DNA from: Rhizophagus irregularis
Lineage: Eukaryota
Length of the DNA: 64,000 nucleotides
Assembly: GCF_026210795.1 (NCBI RefSeq)
Contig: NC_089429.1
Coordinates: 3,596,001 to 3,660,000, forward strand
Direction of reading: 5' to 3'
Numbering within the stretch: position 1 is the stretch's first letter; each line of letters starts with the position of its first letter. Below the pieces are notes generated by a model, which saw nothing but the letters and a program-made list of their open reading frames with translations, made no database searches and was not told the DNA's origin. Made by a program: the position numbers and the translations under genes. Below, piece after piece: positions 39,861 to 51,648 of this stretch.

Positions 39861-41584
39861 TTTTTTTTTACGAATTCGTCATAACTATTAAATTATTAAT
39901 ATTAATTGCCTATAAATTATATATATATATATACACGTAACATATTACGTATGCTTTATAACGATATATATACGTAACATATTACACATGCTTATAACGC
40001 GATAACAGATAACGCGTATAACATCATCGTTTCAAATTCGGCGAACAAATTGATTTACTGTACGATTTATACGATTGATATCTTTAGGGGTTAATAATAT
40101 TAATAATCAAAATTATCTTTTGTCTCCTATATATAAGAATACGTCATACACATCGTTATGAAAGTTACTACGTTGTCATCAAATGTTAGGTTTAGTGAAA
40201 TTGAAATATAAATGCGAATCACACAAAGTTATAAAATGTTGGTTTTTAAAATTTCTTGAAGTATGAATTCTTATATTGGTAAACAAATTATTTTAATTCT
40301 TTATGCTGAACTTAGATTGTGAATGAATTGGAAGAGTTCACAATTTAAATTACGCAAAGATAAATTTTTTTGCGCAGCCAAAAATCAAAACATCGATAGA
40401 TTAATGTTTTTCTTTACATTATATATATTTTTTTAATTAACGCATGTATTTATTTACAAAAAGTATATGAAACCGTAAAATAATTAAAAATTTAATATGA
40501 CAAAAATAATTTCTTAATTTATTAAATAAAGAAATAATTTTAAATGAAATCTCCTTAATCTCCTTCTGAAAATAAAAAAGAAAAAAAAAATCGGACTATA
40601 CAGTTTGTTATTTTGCCATATTTGAGTCGATATAACAGATAAAAAATTTTTTACGCCAAAATTACCGCGCCAAAACTCGGGTTAGGTGCATGTAGATCGC
40701 TACAAAATGAAAGTTTTTATAGTATAATATAAACATGGCGAATTCGGTAAAATTAACTCCGACAAATGATTTAATTGTCACATGATTAGATACGTAGATT
40801 CTTCTATTCTAATTATTGAATCTTTTATCTTGAATAATGAGTATTTATCATCATCTTTGGAAATTTCTGGTAAATATGCTAATTAGAATTAAAAATTATA
40901 AAAATATCTTTTTCCCTCCAAAAAAAAAAAAGATTGGGAAAGTAGAATTTGTCTATTTTCAACTTCTCTTAGAACACACAAAAAAAAAACCCCCAATAAC
41001 CTTAATAAATAAACTGTAAATTTAATATCGAAACGGCCGATGATTCCGGCGTACCCCTTTTATATTTTGTATAACAAGATAAATTTTGTAACATATCCCT
41101 ACTTTTTTGTTGTAGTAAGCAGAAATTCATTTATGGTTCAGTCAATTAGAAACGTTTTTACTGATGTAGATATTAATCAGTACTATCCTAATATATCATA
41201 CTAATATACTTATTTTAATTATAATTAATATAATTTCACAGAAAAATATTGGACATGCAATTATGTGCAAATAATTCTCGTGGAGTATCAATAAATTTCT
41301 TCTCTGTTTATTTACTTTATTTACTCGCCCAACTGGGAAAACAATTCGATAACGCGGTTTGTAATATATCGTATCGTAGTTAAATTAAGGTTAGTAAAAA
41401 ATTGTAAACTTTTCCAATTTTCCATAAAATAATCAAGTATAAATAGATCTAAATTCTATACCTTTTCTCATCCCTGCCATTTAAATCCTTTTTTTCGAAA
41501 TCATCGTGCATCATCCATATTTGACCGCAATCCATTTAACGATTTAAAAAAAAAAAGTAAATAAAATTTAAAAAAAAAAAAAAA

Positions 41585-42421
41585 ATGGATGCGTCAACTA
41601 GTCAATCGATACAAGATATTGTTGATCAAAGAAGAGACTTACGCATTCAACGTATTGATGCGATATTAAAAGAATTTGATACATTAGATTCAATGATTGA
41701 TGCGAATGAATCTTATATCAATTTATGTTATAAATATGAACAAATTTATTCTCTATGGGTTTATGTTCATAGGGATTTTCAACCTGATGAATTAACGAAC
41801 GAAGAAGCTACGGTATGGCGGTTAATGCCAGCTATCATCTTATGTTATAAGTATTATTTAATTAAAAAGCGCGAAATTATGGATAAAGCTGGTATAAATA
41901 TGGATGATCGACCGGTTCGCACGTTACGATCTCTTCCTAAATCAAGTATCAAATCCGATTTAATTTTTATTCGTCGAATCATATCTAAAATTTCCCAATT
42001 TTTAAACTTGAAGAAAAGAAATTCATCTTCCGAAGAGTCGATAGCTTCTACAGAAAAAATTAAATTATCAATTAAATCTGAAAATAAACTTAAAAAATTT
42101 TCTGAAAATGAATTAAAACAGGAATGGAAAAATTTAATTAAAAAATTTCGTAAAGCAACAGCTCAATGTATTCAATGTAGTTCTTCTAATACATTTACGT
42201 TAGTTTCTAATAAAAAAAAACAAAAATGGATTAAACAAGTCAAAAAGCTTGTAAGTGAAATTGAGAAATCTTCTATTATTGATAATGATATCAAGAATCA
42301 TACTGATAATGCGGAAAATCTCGCCGAAACAGATTTAATTGAACGAAGAGAAAGATCAAGAACTCAAAAAGAAAGTGAAAGGACGGAAGGAGAAATCGAA
42401 GATGAAATAACTATTGAGTAA
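41585..42421 (+). CDS. Hypothetical 278-aa helical protein, intronless
   Basis: Long open frame in very AT-rich DNA, A-rich start context, upstream TATA-like and pyrimidine-rich tract; no recognisable domain. Confidence 0.75.
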   Translation: MDASTSQSIQDIVDQRRDLRIQRIDAILKEFDTLDSMIDANESYINLCYKYEQIYSLWVYVHRDFQPDELTNEEATVWRLMPAIILCYKYYLIKKREIMDKAGINMDDRPVRTLRSLPKSSIKSDLIFIRRIISKISQFLNLKKRNSSSEESIASTEKIKLSIKSENKLKKFSENELKQEWKNLIKKFRKATAQCIQCSSSNTFTLVSNKKKQKWIKQVKKLVSEIEKSSIIDNDIKNHTDNAENLAETDLIERRERSRTQKESERTEGEIEDEITIE

Positions 42422-43343
42422 AAAGTTATAATAAAAGCAAAAAAAAACAAAAAAACAAAAAAAAATTATAAAAAAAAACAAAAAAAAAAATATAACATAT
42501 TGAATAATTTTATATATATATGATATTCAAGTATCTATTATTATATATATTAAGTATATTTTTATCGTCGTCGATCTTTCAAGTCTCACATAATCTATCT
42601 ATATTATAAATTATACCCAATTACCCTATTTTATCGAAATAATATTCTATAAATTAATTCGTATTTATAATTTGTTTACTTTCCTCGCTTTTAATGTTCA
42701 TTTTTACCACCCCTCGTTCTTAGTTACAGAAAAGCTTCAAGAATTATTTTTATGATAGAGAAGGATATTTATGCTAATAAAAAATGTCAATAGGCAAACT
42801 TTAAAGCGGCACGGGTTTATATTATGAGACGAAAATTAAATTAGCTTTTATATTATTGCGAATTAATAAATATTAAATTAGCTTTTATTATTGCGATTTA
42901 ATAAATTAAAATTATGATTATACTCGAATTTTATTGTTAAATTTCCATATCATTTGATTGGGCTAAAATATAATGATGTAACTGAATTGAATTCTTATAA
43001 TTCTTTTTATATCACGGGTTCATATATATCTTATTTATCTTATTGTGTGAATCAACTTTCGGACATATGAGTTATCCGTTGCCGGTTATCGGGTATTTCC
43101 GATTCACAAACATGTGGTCATCATTGCATACGAATATTTTCTATATATCCGCCAGATATTTTCCGAAAGTTGGGCAACGTAGCACCGTAATACTAATACA
43201 ATTCTAATACAATTCTAATTATCCTTCTATTAGAAGAATTTCGTATATCTTTAGAAATGATTTACTTTTTAGTGTGAAATATTTTTCTTTCTTTTCTCCT
43301 TTTTATTCTTTTTTTTTAAAAAAAAGAAATACACCTTAACACT

Positions 43344-45167
43344 ATGGCATGTTTAAAATTATTTTCTGGAAATTTACCAGAAGTGGCAAATAATATTCTA
43401 TACTATATAAGAGATGATACATCATCACTTTATTCATGTGTTTTAGTCAACAGATTTTTATGTCGTCTCGCTATTCCCATACTTTGGGAAAATCCATTAT
43501 TTACTAAATGGAAGGATGGATTTCAACATCATTTTCTTGATATTTACTTTCTATTCTTAGATGAAGAAGATAAAAAATGTCTTAATAAAGAGACTTTAGT
43601 TATTCAAAGAATAAAATCTTTTTCATTTAAACCTTTATTTGATTATCCAAGTTTTATTAAAAATTTAAGTACATATCAATTAGAATGGCAAGTAGTAAAT
43701 TGGTTATATTTTATTCAACAAACAAATTTATTATCAAATTCATCATCAACAAATCAGAATGAAGATTCAAAATCTTATATTTCTTTAACTATTAAAGATC
43801 ATTCTAATATTGATTCATTAACATTAAAAAATCATGAATCAATAATAAATTTAAATAATAAGAAAAAATTATTATCAAAGGATATGTCAAATGTTATTTG
43901 TACTTTATTAATCAAATTATTTATAAAAAATAATGCTAATTTAAATAATTTGAATATAAGTATTTTATCACAAAATAATTTCTTTATTGATTTATTTGAA
44001 TTTATTATAATGAAACCAAATTTTATAAAAGATATAAATTATCTTACAATATCATCAAAAAATATTTATCTTTCAAATCAATTTGATTCTTTCTTATATT
44101 CTATACCAAACCTATTTACTTCAATTAAAAATCTTAATCTTAACTTAAAAGTTAATGATGTTCCACTTACAAAAAGTTTAGCAGATACTATTCATTCTCA
44201 ATCAAATATTTCTCATATTACAATTTCATTTACAAAATCAGATATAATTTATTTATTTGATACTTTTGAATATTGTTCTAAAACCTTAATATCACTCAAA
44301 TTTCTTGAATGTGATTTTACAAGTATTAATGTTTCATCATTTAGAGGTCTTAAATATCTTACTCAACTTAAATATTTTTATCTTATTAATTGTTTAGGTT
44401 TTAAACTTCATGTTATTCAACCTTTACTTAATATTTCTACTCCATTAATGATTAAATCTTTAACAATAACTGATGGAAATATTAGTACTAATTCAATTCA
44501 ATTATTATTACAAAAAATTGGTAATTATTTGGAATATTTATTTTTAAGTATTCCTATCGAATTTATAAGAGAATTAATAATTAATAATATTATTGATTAT
44601 TGTGATAAAATTAAATTCCTTCATTTAAATCATATTGATTATAAGAATATTCCTCAAATTTGTAGTTTAGTCTCTCATTTTAGAAATCATCTTAAATATC
44701 TTACTCTTGAATATAATTTTAAATCTTTTAATACTAGTAATGCATTAGATTTGTTTCCAAATAATACGAACAAATATGAACATCAAAAGGGTAGTTTGGA
44801 ACTTTTAAAAGAATTGGATAAAATTTTACCAAATAATTTGGATTATTTAAATTTATATATTTCAATTGATCCAAATCAATTAAATGATTTTTTAATTACT
44901 TGTAAACGTATTGGTTTAAAAAATTTATTACTTAGAAATAATAATATTGAAAATTTACAAAATATTTTAAACATATTAAAAGAATTCGCTATTAATAATA
45001 ATAATTTGAATTATTTAGCTTATGGAATTGAATATTTTGATACTTTTAGAAAGAATCAACAAAAATCGGAAATTTTAACTAAAGAAATTCAATCTTTTGG
45101 TAAATTGGAAAAAATGAAGAAATATGATGATTTAGTTATAAATATTTTTGATTTTGATAAAGATTAA
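43344..45167 (+). CDS. F-box-like / RNI-like LRR protein, 607 aa
   Basis: N-terminal LPEVANNILYYIRDDTSSLYSCVLVNRFLCRLAIPILWENP and PLFDYPSFIK, followed by LxxLxL repeats. Confidence 0.88.
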   Translation: MACLKLFSGNLPEVANNILYYIRDDTSSLYSCVLVNRFLCRLAIPILWENPLFTKWKDGFQHHFLDIYFLFLDEEDKKCLNKETLVIQRIKSFSFKPLFDYPSFIKNLSTYQLEWQVVNWLYFIQQTNLLSNSSSTNQNEDSKSYISLTIKDHSNIDSLTLKNHESIINLNNKKKLLSKDMSNVICTLLIKLFIKNNANLNNLNISILSQNNFFIDLFEFIIMKPNFIKDINYLTISSKNIYLSNQFDSFLYSIPNLFTSIKNLNLNLKVNDVPLTKSLADTIHSQSNISHITISFTKSDIIYLFDTFEYCSKTLISLKFLECDFTSINVSSFRGLKYLTQLKYFYLINCLGFKLHVIQPLLNISTPLMIKSLTITDGNISTNSIQLLLQKIGNYLEYLFLSIPIEFIRELIINNIIDYCDKIKFLHLNHIDYKNIPQICSLVSHFRNHLKYLTLEYNFKSFNTSNALDLFPNNTNKYEHQKGSLELLKELDKILPNNLDYLNLYISIDPNQLNDFLITCKRIGLKNLLLRNNNIENLQNILNILKEFAINNNNLNYLAYGIEYFDTFRKNQQKSEILTKEIQSFGKLEKMKKYDDLVINIFDFDKD

Positions 45168-47017
45168 AAATTATATATATATATAATATATATGGAATTA
45201 TTATTATTATTAGTTTATTCTATATTGTCTATTTATTTTTATTTTTTTATTATTATCTTTTTGTATTTGGATTTATAATTTAAATAAATATTTATTATTT
45301 TGAAAAATCAATCGGTGAGAAAAATTAGGAAAAAGATGCAGTATTAGAGTTCGACAATCCTATTGGTTCAATAAGATTGATCGAATATCAGTCATACATA
45401 AAAGTACATCAATTACTATTTGCTAGTTATTACCAATAACAATAATGTTTAAACATGAAATTTATTTCATATATTTCTACTAGTCCAGACGCAATGATGA
45501 TTATACCCTGCATTTAATGGACGTATAGACGTAGACCGATCATGATCCTAAAACCTATTTAAGCACGTGCTGTTTCAATTACAAATAACAATTAAGAAAA
45601 TCCGATCTTTACAGGTCAGGAGGATTTTTTAAAAAATTCGTATAGTATAGTTATGATAATACAGTAGGCGATATTATTGGACTACCCGCGACACCGAGAA
45701 AAATTATGCGAACACGTAATTTTTAGCCCGCATTACGGCGTTATGCACTAACACGTGAAAGTGCAGGGTGATGAATAATGAGTGACTCTCAGATAAATAT
45801 ACTACGGGGGGATGACACCTGTGATGAATTAAATCGCGATCACGTGATCGAAAATTTATGTAGGTTGCAACATTCGACATTAACATTAAGACCGTTCCGA
45901 CTTAATTGTAATTGCTTCGGATGATTTGTATCTAAATGAGTGTTTTTATCAATAATTGACATTATTTCTCTGTTATTTTACATGTAGTTCCATTCAGATG
46001 ACGGCATAATTGTTATATAACTGATTCACATTGCCTTCATTATCAACTAGTAAACGTTATTAACAAGTCAGTGTATTGAACATTTGAACTCTGTTCAGAA
46101 ACCTTCTTTTATTGAATATCAAACATTTGTGAACATCTTCCTCTCGCTAATATATTAGTAGTCCACAGGATGAGTCAACTAAGAACGCAAGGACTTAGAA
46201 ATTTTGGTCTACACGATGATAACAGCGGAAAATCAGAAAATCTGTGACTAAAAATAGAAAATTTTCTCTTATCTTTATAAAAATAATTCTGCATCTTTGT
46301 GACAAAACGGCAAATCTGATGACTTACGTCTGGGTGATGTTCCTTCCTAATGATTCAATTAATACATTAGGAGTTACTATCATTTTATTGTAAATTTAAC
46401 CTCGAACTATATTAAATGCGCCCAATTTAGTGATTCACCTAAATTTATCGAATTAAATAATTAAATAAATAAAATAGAATTATGATAAAATAGTTTGATA
46501 ATTTTCCATGTTTATTTCAAATCGGTATAGACTTTCAAATTGAAAAAAAACTTGAATAATTGCAAAAAGATGTCTACAGTATTTTTATTCGATGTTTACG
46601 ATCTACGAAAACGAATCTATTGCAAAGCACAAAACAAATCTCTCCCACCCACTAATGAACCTCCTTAACTTATTAAATATGAAAAGGTAACATATTATCA
46701 TGCCCGTTAAAAATATTTAAAAAAAATTCAAATAATTAGCATGTGTTTTTTTTTTTAACCAAAAAGTTTATTCTATAATGAAACAAAAAAAAATAGAAGA
46801 TATATATTTACAATATTTTAAATTTGATGCTGCTAAAAATCTAAGTTCTATATATATATATACCCTCCACGTTTTAAACTACCAAAGAAGATCTAAAAGA
46901 AAAAAAAAATTATTTTTTTTATTTACAATCTAAACTTCAACATACAACAAAAGAAAAATTTCTTTACCTTGAAAATATGAAAATTCTCTCTCTTTTAACA
47001 TTTTAAAATTCACATTG

Positions 47018-47908
47018 TTAATCTTTTAATTCAATTAATAGGTAATACTTGCGATCTTCTTTATCTTTTTCGCTTTCCAAAGTATCAACAGCTTTATCAT
47101 CACCTGAAAATAAATATTTAACAACCTTGTCAATTAAATAATTTTGAATAAAATAAATACCACATTGATTTAATTGTTCGTTTTTCTTTTTAAATCTTCT
47201 ACAATATTCCAAAAAGATATTTAAATTTGTAGAAGGTGATTTTGTAGGATCTAAATGTATACCATTAAAAAATTCTTCATATAACATAGTTGTTTTTTGT
47301 TTGTTAAGACAAACTGTATATAAATGTGGTTCTTTCTCACAAGCATGTTGATAATCATATTGATGTTTTAATCCTTGGAATGAAGATATTGCGAGAGTGA
47401 AATCCAAATATTTTTCTACCAGAGCGCATCTTGTATTACTTGAAATTATTTTGAAATCTGGTTCTTTTTTGTATACTAACAAATTATCCAAAATTAATTT
47501 TGATGCTTCCTTGTAAATATATTTAAATCTGTACCGATCGGCTAGGACCAAAGAAATGAGAGGTTTTTCTTGAAAATAAGTCTTTAAAAAATTATCAGCT
47601 GCTTCAAGAACCATTGATATTTCATATTTATCAGCTAATTCACAAAATTCTATAATATTTTCCCATGTAATAGGTATAAATTTATGTGGATATAAATATG
47701 ATAATAGATTTTCAAATATTGTTGACGATGTATCGGTTAAACTAATAGTTGGTAAATCTTCTCTGGATGCTACAGCACATTTAAACATATCTTGAAATAC
47801 TTTTGACGCTATCGATAGAATATTTTTATGTAATCTAAATGTTACATTTTGTACTATTACTAAAATATCACCATCTTCATAATAATGTAACGAACTTTTT
47901 TGTGTCAT
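47018..47908 (-). CDS. BTB/POZ domain protein, paralog of 27831-28661
   Basis: MTQKSSLHYYEDGDILVIVQNVTFRLHKNILSIASKVFQDMF; collinear with the + strand copy. Confidence 0.9.
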   Translation of the reverse strand: MTQKSSLHYYEDGDILVIVQNVTFRLHKNILSIASKVFQDMFKCAVASREDLPTISLTDTSSTIFENLLSYLYPHKFIPITWENIIEFCELADKYEISMVLEAADNFLKTYFQEKPLISLVLADRYRFKYIYKEASKLILDNLLVYKKEPDFKIISSNTRCALVEKYLDFTLAISSFQGLKHQYDYQHACEKEPHLYTVCLNKQKTTMLYEEFFNGIHLDPTKSPSTNLNIFLEYCRRFKKKNEQLNQCGIYFIQNYLIDKVVKYLFSGDDKAVDTLESEKDKEDRKYYLLIELKD

Positions 47909-48519
47909 TTTTAGTCTTTTAATTAAAAAATGTAAAGTTTTGAGAAGAGAGTGTCTTTTAGCTGTTTTAGTTACAATGAAACATGAAACTTACATTATTT
48001 ATTTGAAAATGATTTACTAAGATAGGCAAGTGCAGTAAATTGGTGTACAACGAATTATATTCATGATCTTCACTATACCAATAATAATTTTTTGTGTTTT
48101 TGTGGCGTACATGTGCGTATGCACATATGCTATATTACAAAAACAGACAGCTTAATTCCGGATTTCCGGCTAATTATTTATTGTGTGTAATCAGAAAAAA
48201 AAATACTGTAGAAATAACTCGTTATAATATTATATTAAAATATCTGAATACATACAGCTCGGACCACTTAGTCACAGCAAATTTTAAAATAAGCGGCCAA
48301 ATTTTCATGTTCATACAATATTATAATATAAAATCACATGATCAAAGGTGGCCAAATTTTACCTACTTTAAATTTTTCCATAAATTTGTCCTTATCAGTA
48401 TTGGACGTCTTTAATGTCTCTCTGCTGATATTTTGGCCAATACCAATGATTTTGCTTCAGTATCCTCATCTGATTCATAATTTTCAATGAATACTCTCTT
48501 GTCAGATTTTTTCCCTATC

Positions 48520-49300
48520 GGATTATTTTCTTCAAGTATTTTTACATCACTTTCGTTTCTATTTCCTTCTCCAAATCCTCGTTGTGTATATCTTATCTCT
48601 ATTATTCATCCCATCTTTTAGTCTCAATGTATTATGTTCCCAATTTAAATTGCCCTTTCATCTCCCCCTATTAAATCATTATCTATCATTAAATTCCTAT
48701 CATTTAAATTGATAACTTGCTCTTCAACCAGTAATACTAAACTATTATGGTTTTGCTCAGGCTTATGACGAATCACCAAAAGTTGTTTTTATATCATCTT
48801 GTCCATCATCTTATCGGGCGGAATCCTTTGCAATTTTAACAGCATTAATTGTTTCACCATTCAACACTAATATTACCATATTTACAGATAGTCAAAATGT
48901 AATTAATACTTGGTCGCAATTCCATTCAATTAATTACTAACCGCATATTTGACATATTCTTAAACAACAAAATAATTTTATAGTTTGGAGTCAAATTATA
49001 GAAATTATCAATTCCTTACAACTTAATGTTCAATTTTTCCATGTAAAGGCGCACTCAGGCGACCCTTAATGAATTTATCGATTCAAAAATTGCTGAAGTT
49101 CATAATAATGATAATTCTTTTATTATTACGCTATTAACAGACAATATGAACAACATCAAATATATTTTATGATGGAAATGGCATTGATATTGAACAATCA
49201 TTTCGGAAGTTTATGTCTTTAACCTCTAAAGTTAGAGGTTTCAAATCTTTTTTCAATTTATCATGAAATACAAAATATAAAAGAAATAGTATCGATTGGC
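48520..49300 (+). pseudogene. Decayed LINE RNase H fragment
   Basis: PSSYRAESFAILTAL, IFTDSQ and HVKAHSGD with stops and frameshifts. Confidence 0.75.
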
Positions 49301-49309
49301 ACTCAGGCG

Positions 49310-49709
49310 TTAAAACCAGACCAGCATAGAATAGCGGAAGGGAGTCAATACTAGTGAAGTAATAGTACTAGCTATATAATCTTGTTTAAAAAGAGCAAGA
49401 GATAACCAATAAGACCAATTTATTATCAACAAAGAAGAAATAGGAATCAAAAAAATAAAATGGAATAAATCGTAATTTATATAAAAAAAGAGAATGCATA
49501 AAGGAAGAAGAAAAATTTGCTAATAAAAATAAATTAGTAAAATGACTTTGTTGTTGATGTGAAAATCAATTAATCAAACCCAAAGCTTGCGATAAATATA
49601 AAATCACATTAGGAGTAGAACAAGACAACTTAGCCTTATGTTTAACCAAGGTCTGAACAGAAGAGGTAGCAACAGAATATTCGGTATCAGATAAATGAGT
49701 AACTTGCAT
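49310..49709 (-). pseudogene. Fragment of a related LINE ORF2 (post-RT region)
   Basis: MQVTHLSDTEYSVATSSVQTLVKHKAKL...QQSHFTNLF is homologous to the full LINE at ~55850-56050. Confidence 0.75.
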
Positions 49710-51648
49710 AGGACCCCAGATATCTCTAAAACAGGTCATAAGTCACACTTTTGGGCAAACATGGCATAGTAGCCTTTATCTTTATTAATTATTTATCAAA
49801 CTTTACAAAATTACATATAAGAAAAAGAAAATAAAATAAAAACTAACTAAAAACAAAGCTATATAGTCTCCTAGAAAGAAATTAAAATTAAAAGAAAGTT
49901 CAAAAGAAAATTCGCTAATACTAACACTTCCTAGATCTCCCCCTTGATATATTCCAACCAAAGTAGAAGCAACTATGCTAACAAAATAATGAATGACGCG
50001 CCCACTATTAAAATTGACACTTCATCCTGCAAAAGCGGTTATTAAGTAGCACCGTTAGACGACCCATAAAACCCGAAATGTGATTAAACCAAGATAATCC
50101 ATATTGCATCGAGTTTTTTAACCAATCGGTTCCAGAGTCACGTGAATCAACATGGGTCGGAGGTGGTAAAGACGAGTAAAGTAAATAAGAAGATTTGGAC
50201 AAACCTTTAGGCCTTGAAGATTGTTTAAGTTTCAGAGAAATGTTCATCGCACGTTCCCATAATCTTTTATCATATGAACGCGGATTCCAAATTCGTTTAT
50301 GGAATTTGTTGACAAAATTGTTATGTATGGCAGCAACCACATTCATAGCAGTGAGGCGAGGAATACCTAAGTCTTTAAAAACTTCCAGAAAGGCGGTAGG
50401 CAAACAGCCACGGATAAGACTATAGGAAGACCAGTTGTTAGATGAAAAAGTCCAGCAAGGAAGGGAAGTAACTCTATCAACTAAAGAAGAGTAATCGCAA
50501 TTGGCATTATCACCCGCTTCTTTAATTTTTTGGGTAAGATGGTGGAGATATGACGTTAAAATTTGGTGTAATTTAACGCGGCGCTTTTTGCATAAAAATA
50601 AATGCATAAAATCTTCTAGGTGGTCTTCATAAGAACGACAGGTAAGAATCTCTACGTATAAATCAGGTCATGTCCTTTTCAGTGATTCTAAAGTAGGTAA
50701 GTCTTCCAGAAAAAGTTGGAATTTCAATGTGTGATGTCTAGAGACATTTTCCTTGGTAAAGGAATTATCAAATTTAGGTTGGAACATTAACGTGTGCCAA
50801 GTAAGAGCCCAATCAACCTCGTAATGGGATGGATCTATTAAAAGAGAAATAAAACGGAAGCGAGAAAGGGCTAAAAGATCTTTCATATACAACATCTGAT
50901 GATATTGTTTAAACAGATGTCTTGGGTTGGATTCACAAACTACGTCATCATAAGTCATAATATAATCATGAACTGCAGTAAGGTCGAGGCGGGAGATAAG
51001 AATAGCATCATCAGATGTATGGGCAGTATTGGCAAGAAAGTCAGCAAAGTCATTCCAATAAAAATTAGAGTGAGCTTTAACCTTGAAAGGTAAAACTGAA
51101 AGTTGTTTATCCACAATCAGTTGTTGGATGATGGCCCAAAGTTCAAAATTGGTAGTCTTATAATAAAGACGAGAATCTGAATAATCAGATAAGAAACAAT
51201 GTTTCAAACCCTCGATGGAAGACTGTGAGTCTGTATAAATGTGAACTACAGAGTTGGCAGGAGAAGCTGATAAAGCTGCATAAATAGCAGCAGCTTCGGC
51301 TCGAGAAGAAGAAGGCCAATCACGAATAATACCCCGCTTATAAGTGGCAATAGAATTAAGAAAGCCAGAATCCTTGACAATTTGAACCCAGCCCCATCCC
51401 ATAGAAACATCACACGTTCCTAAATTGATAAGAGAACCATCAGTGTAAAAGGTATATTGAGAGTCTGGAGAAAGCACGACCGATGATGAAGCAACAACAT
51501 CGCCAGCCGTAAGTAAATGTGGAGTAGGCAAAGCCTCATCAATAGTATCAAAGGAAGTATGGGGAATATCAGCAGCAAGCATCAAGCAAACTGAAGGATT
51601 ACAAGATGAAGTAACAAAGTCCATGATTTCCGCCCACGACACCGTAGC

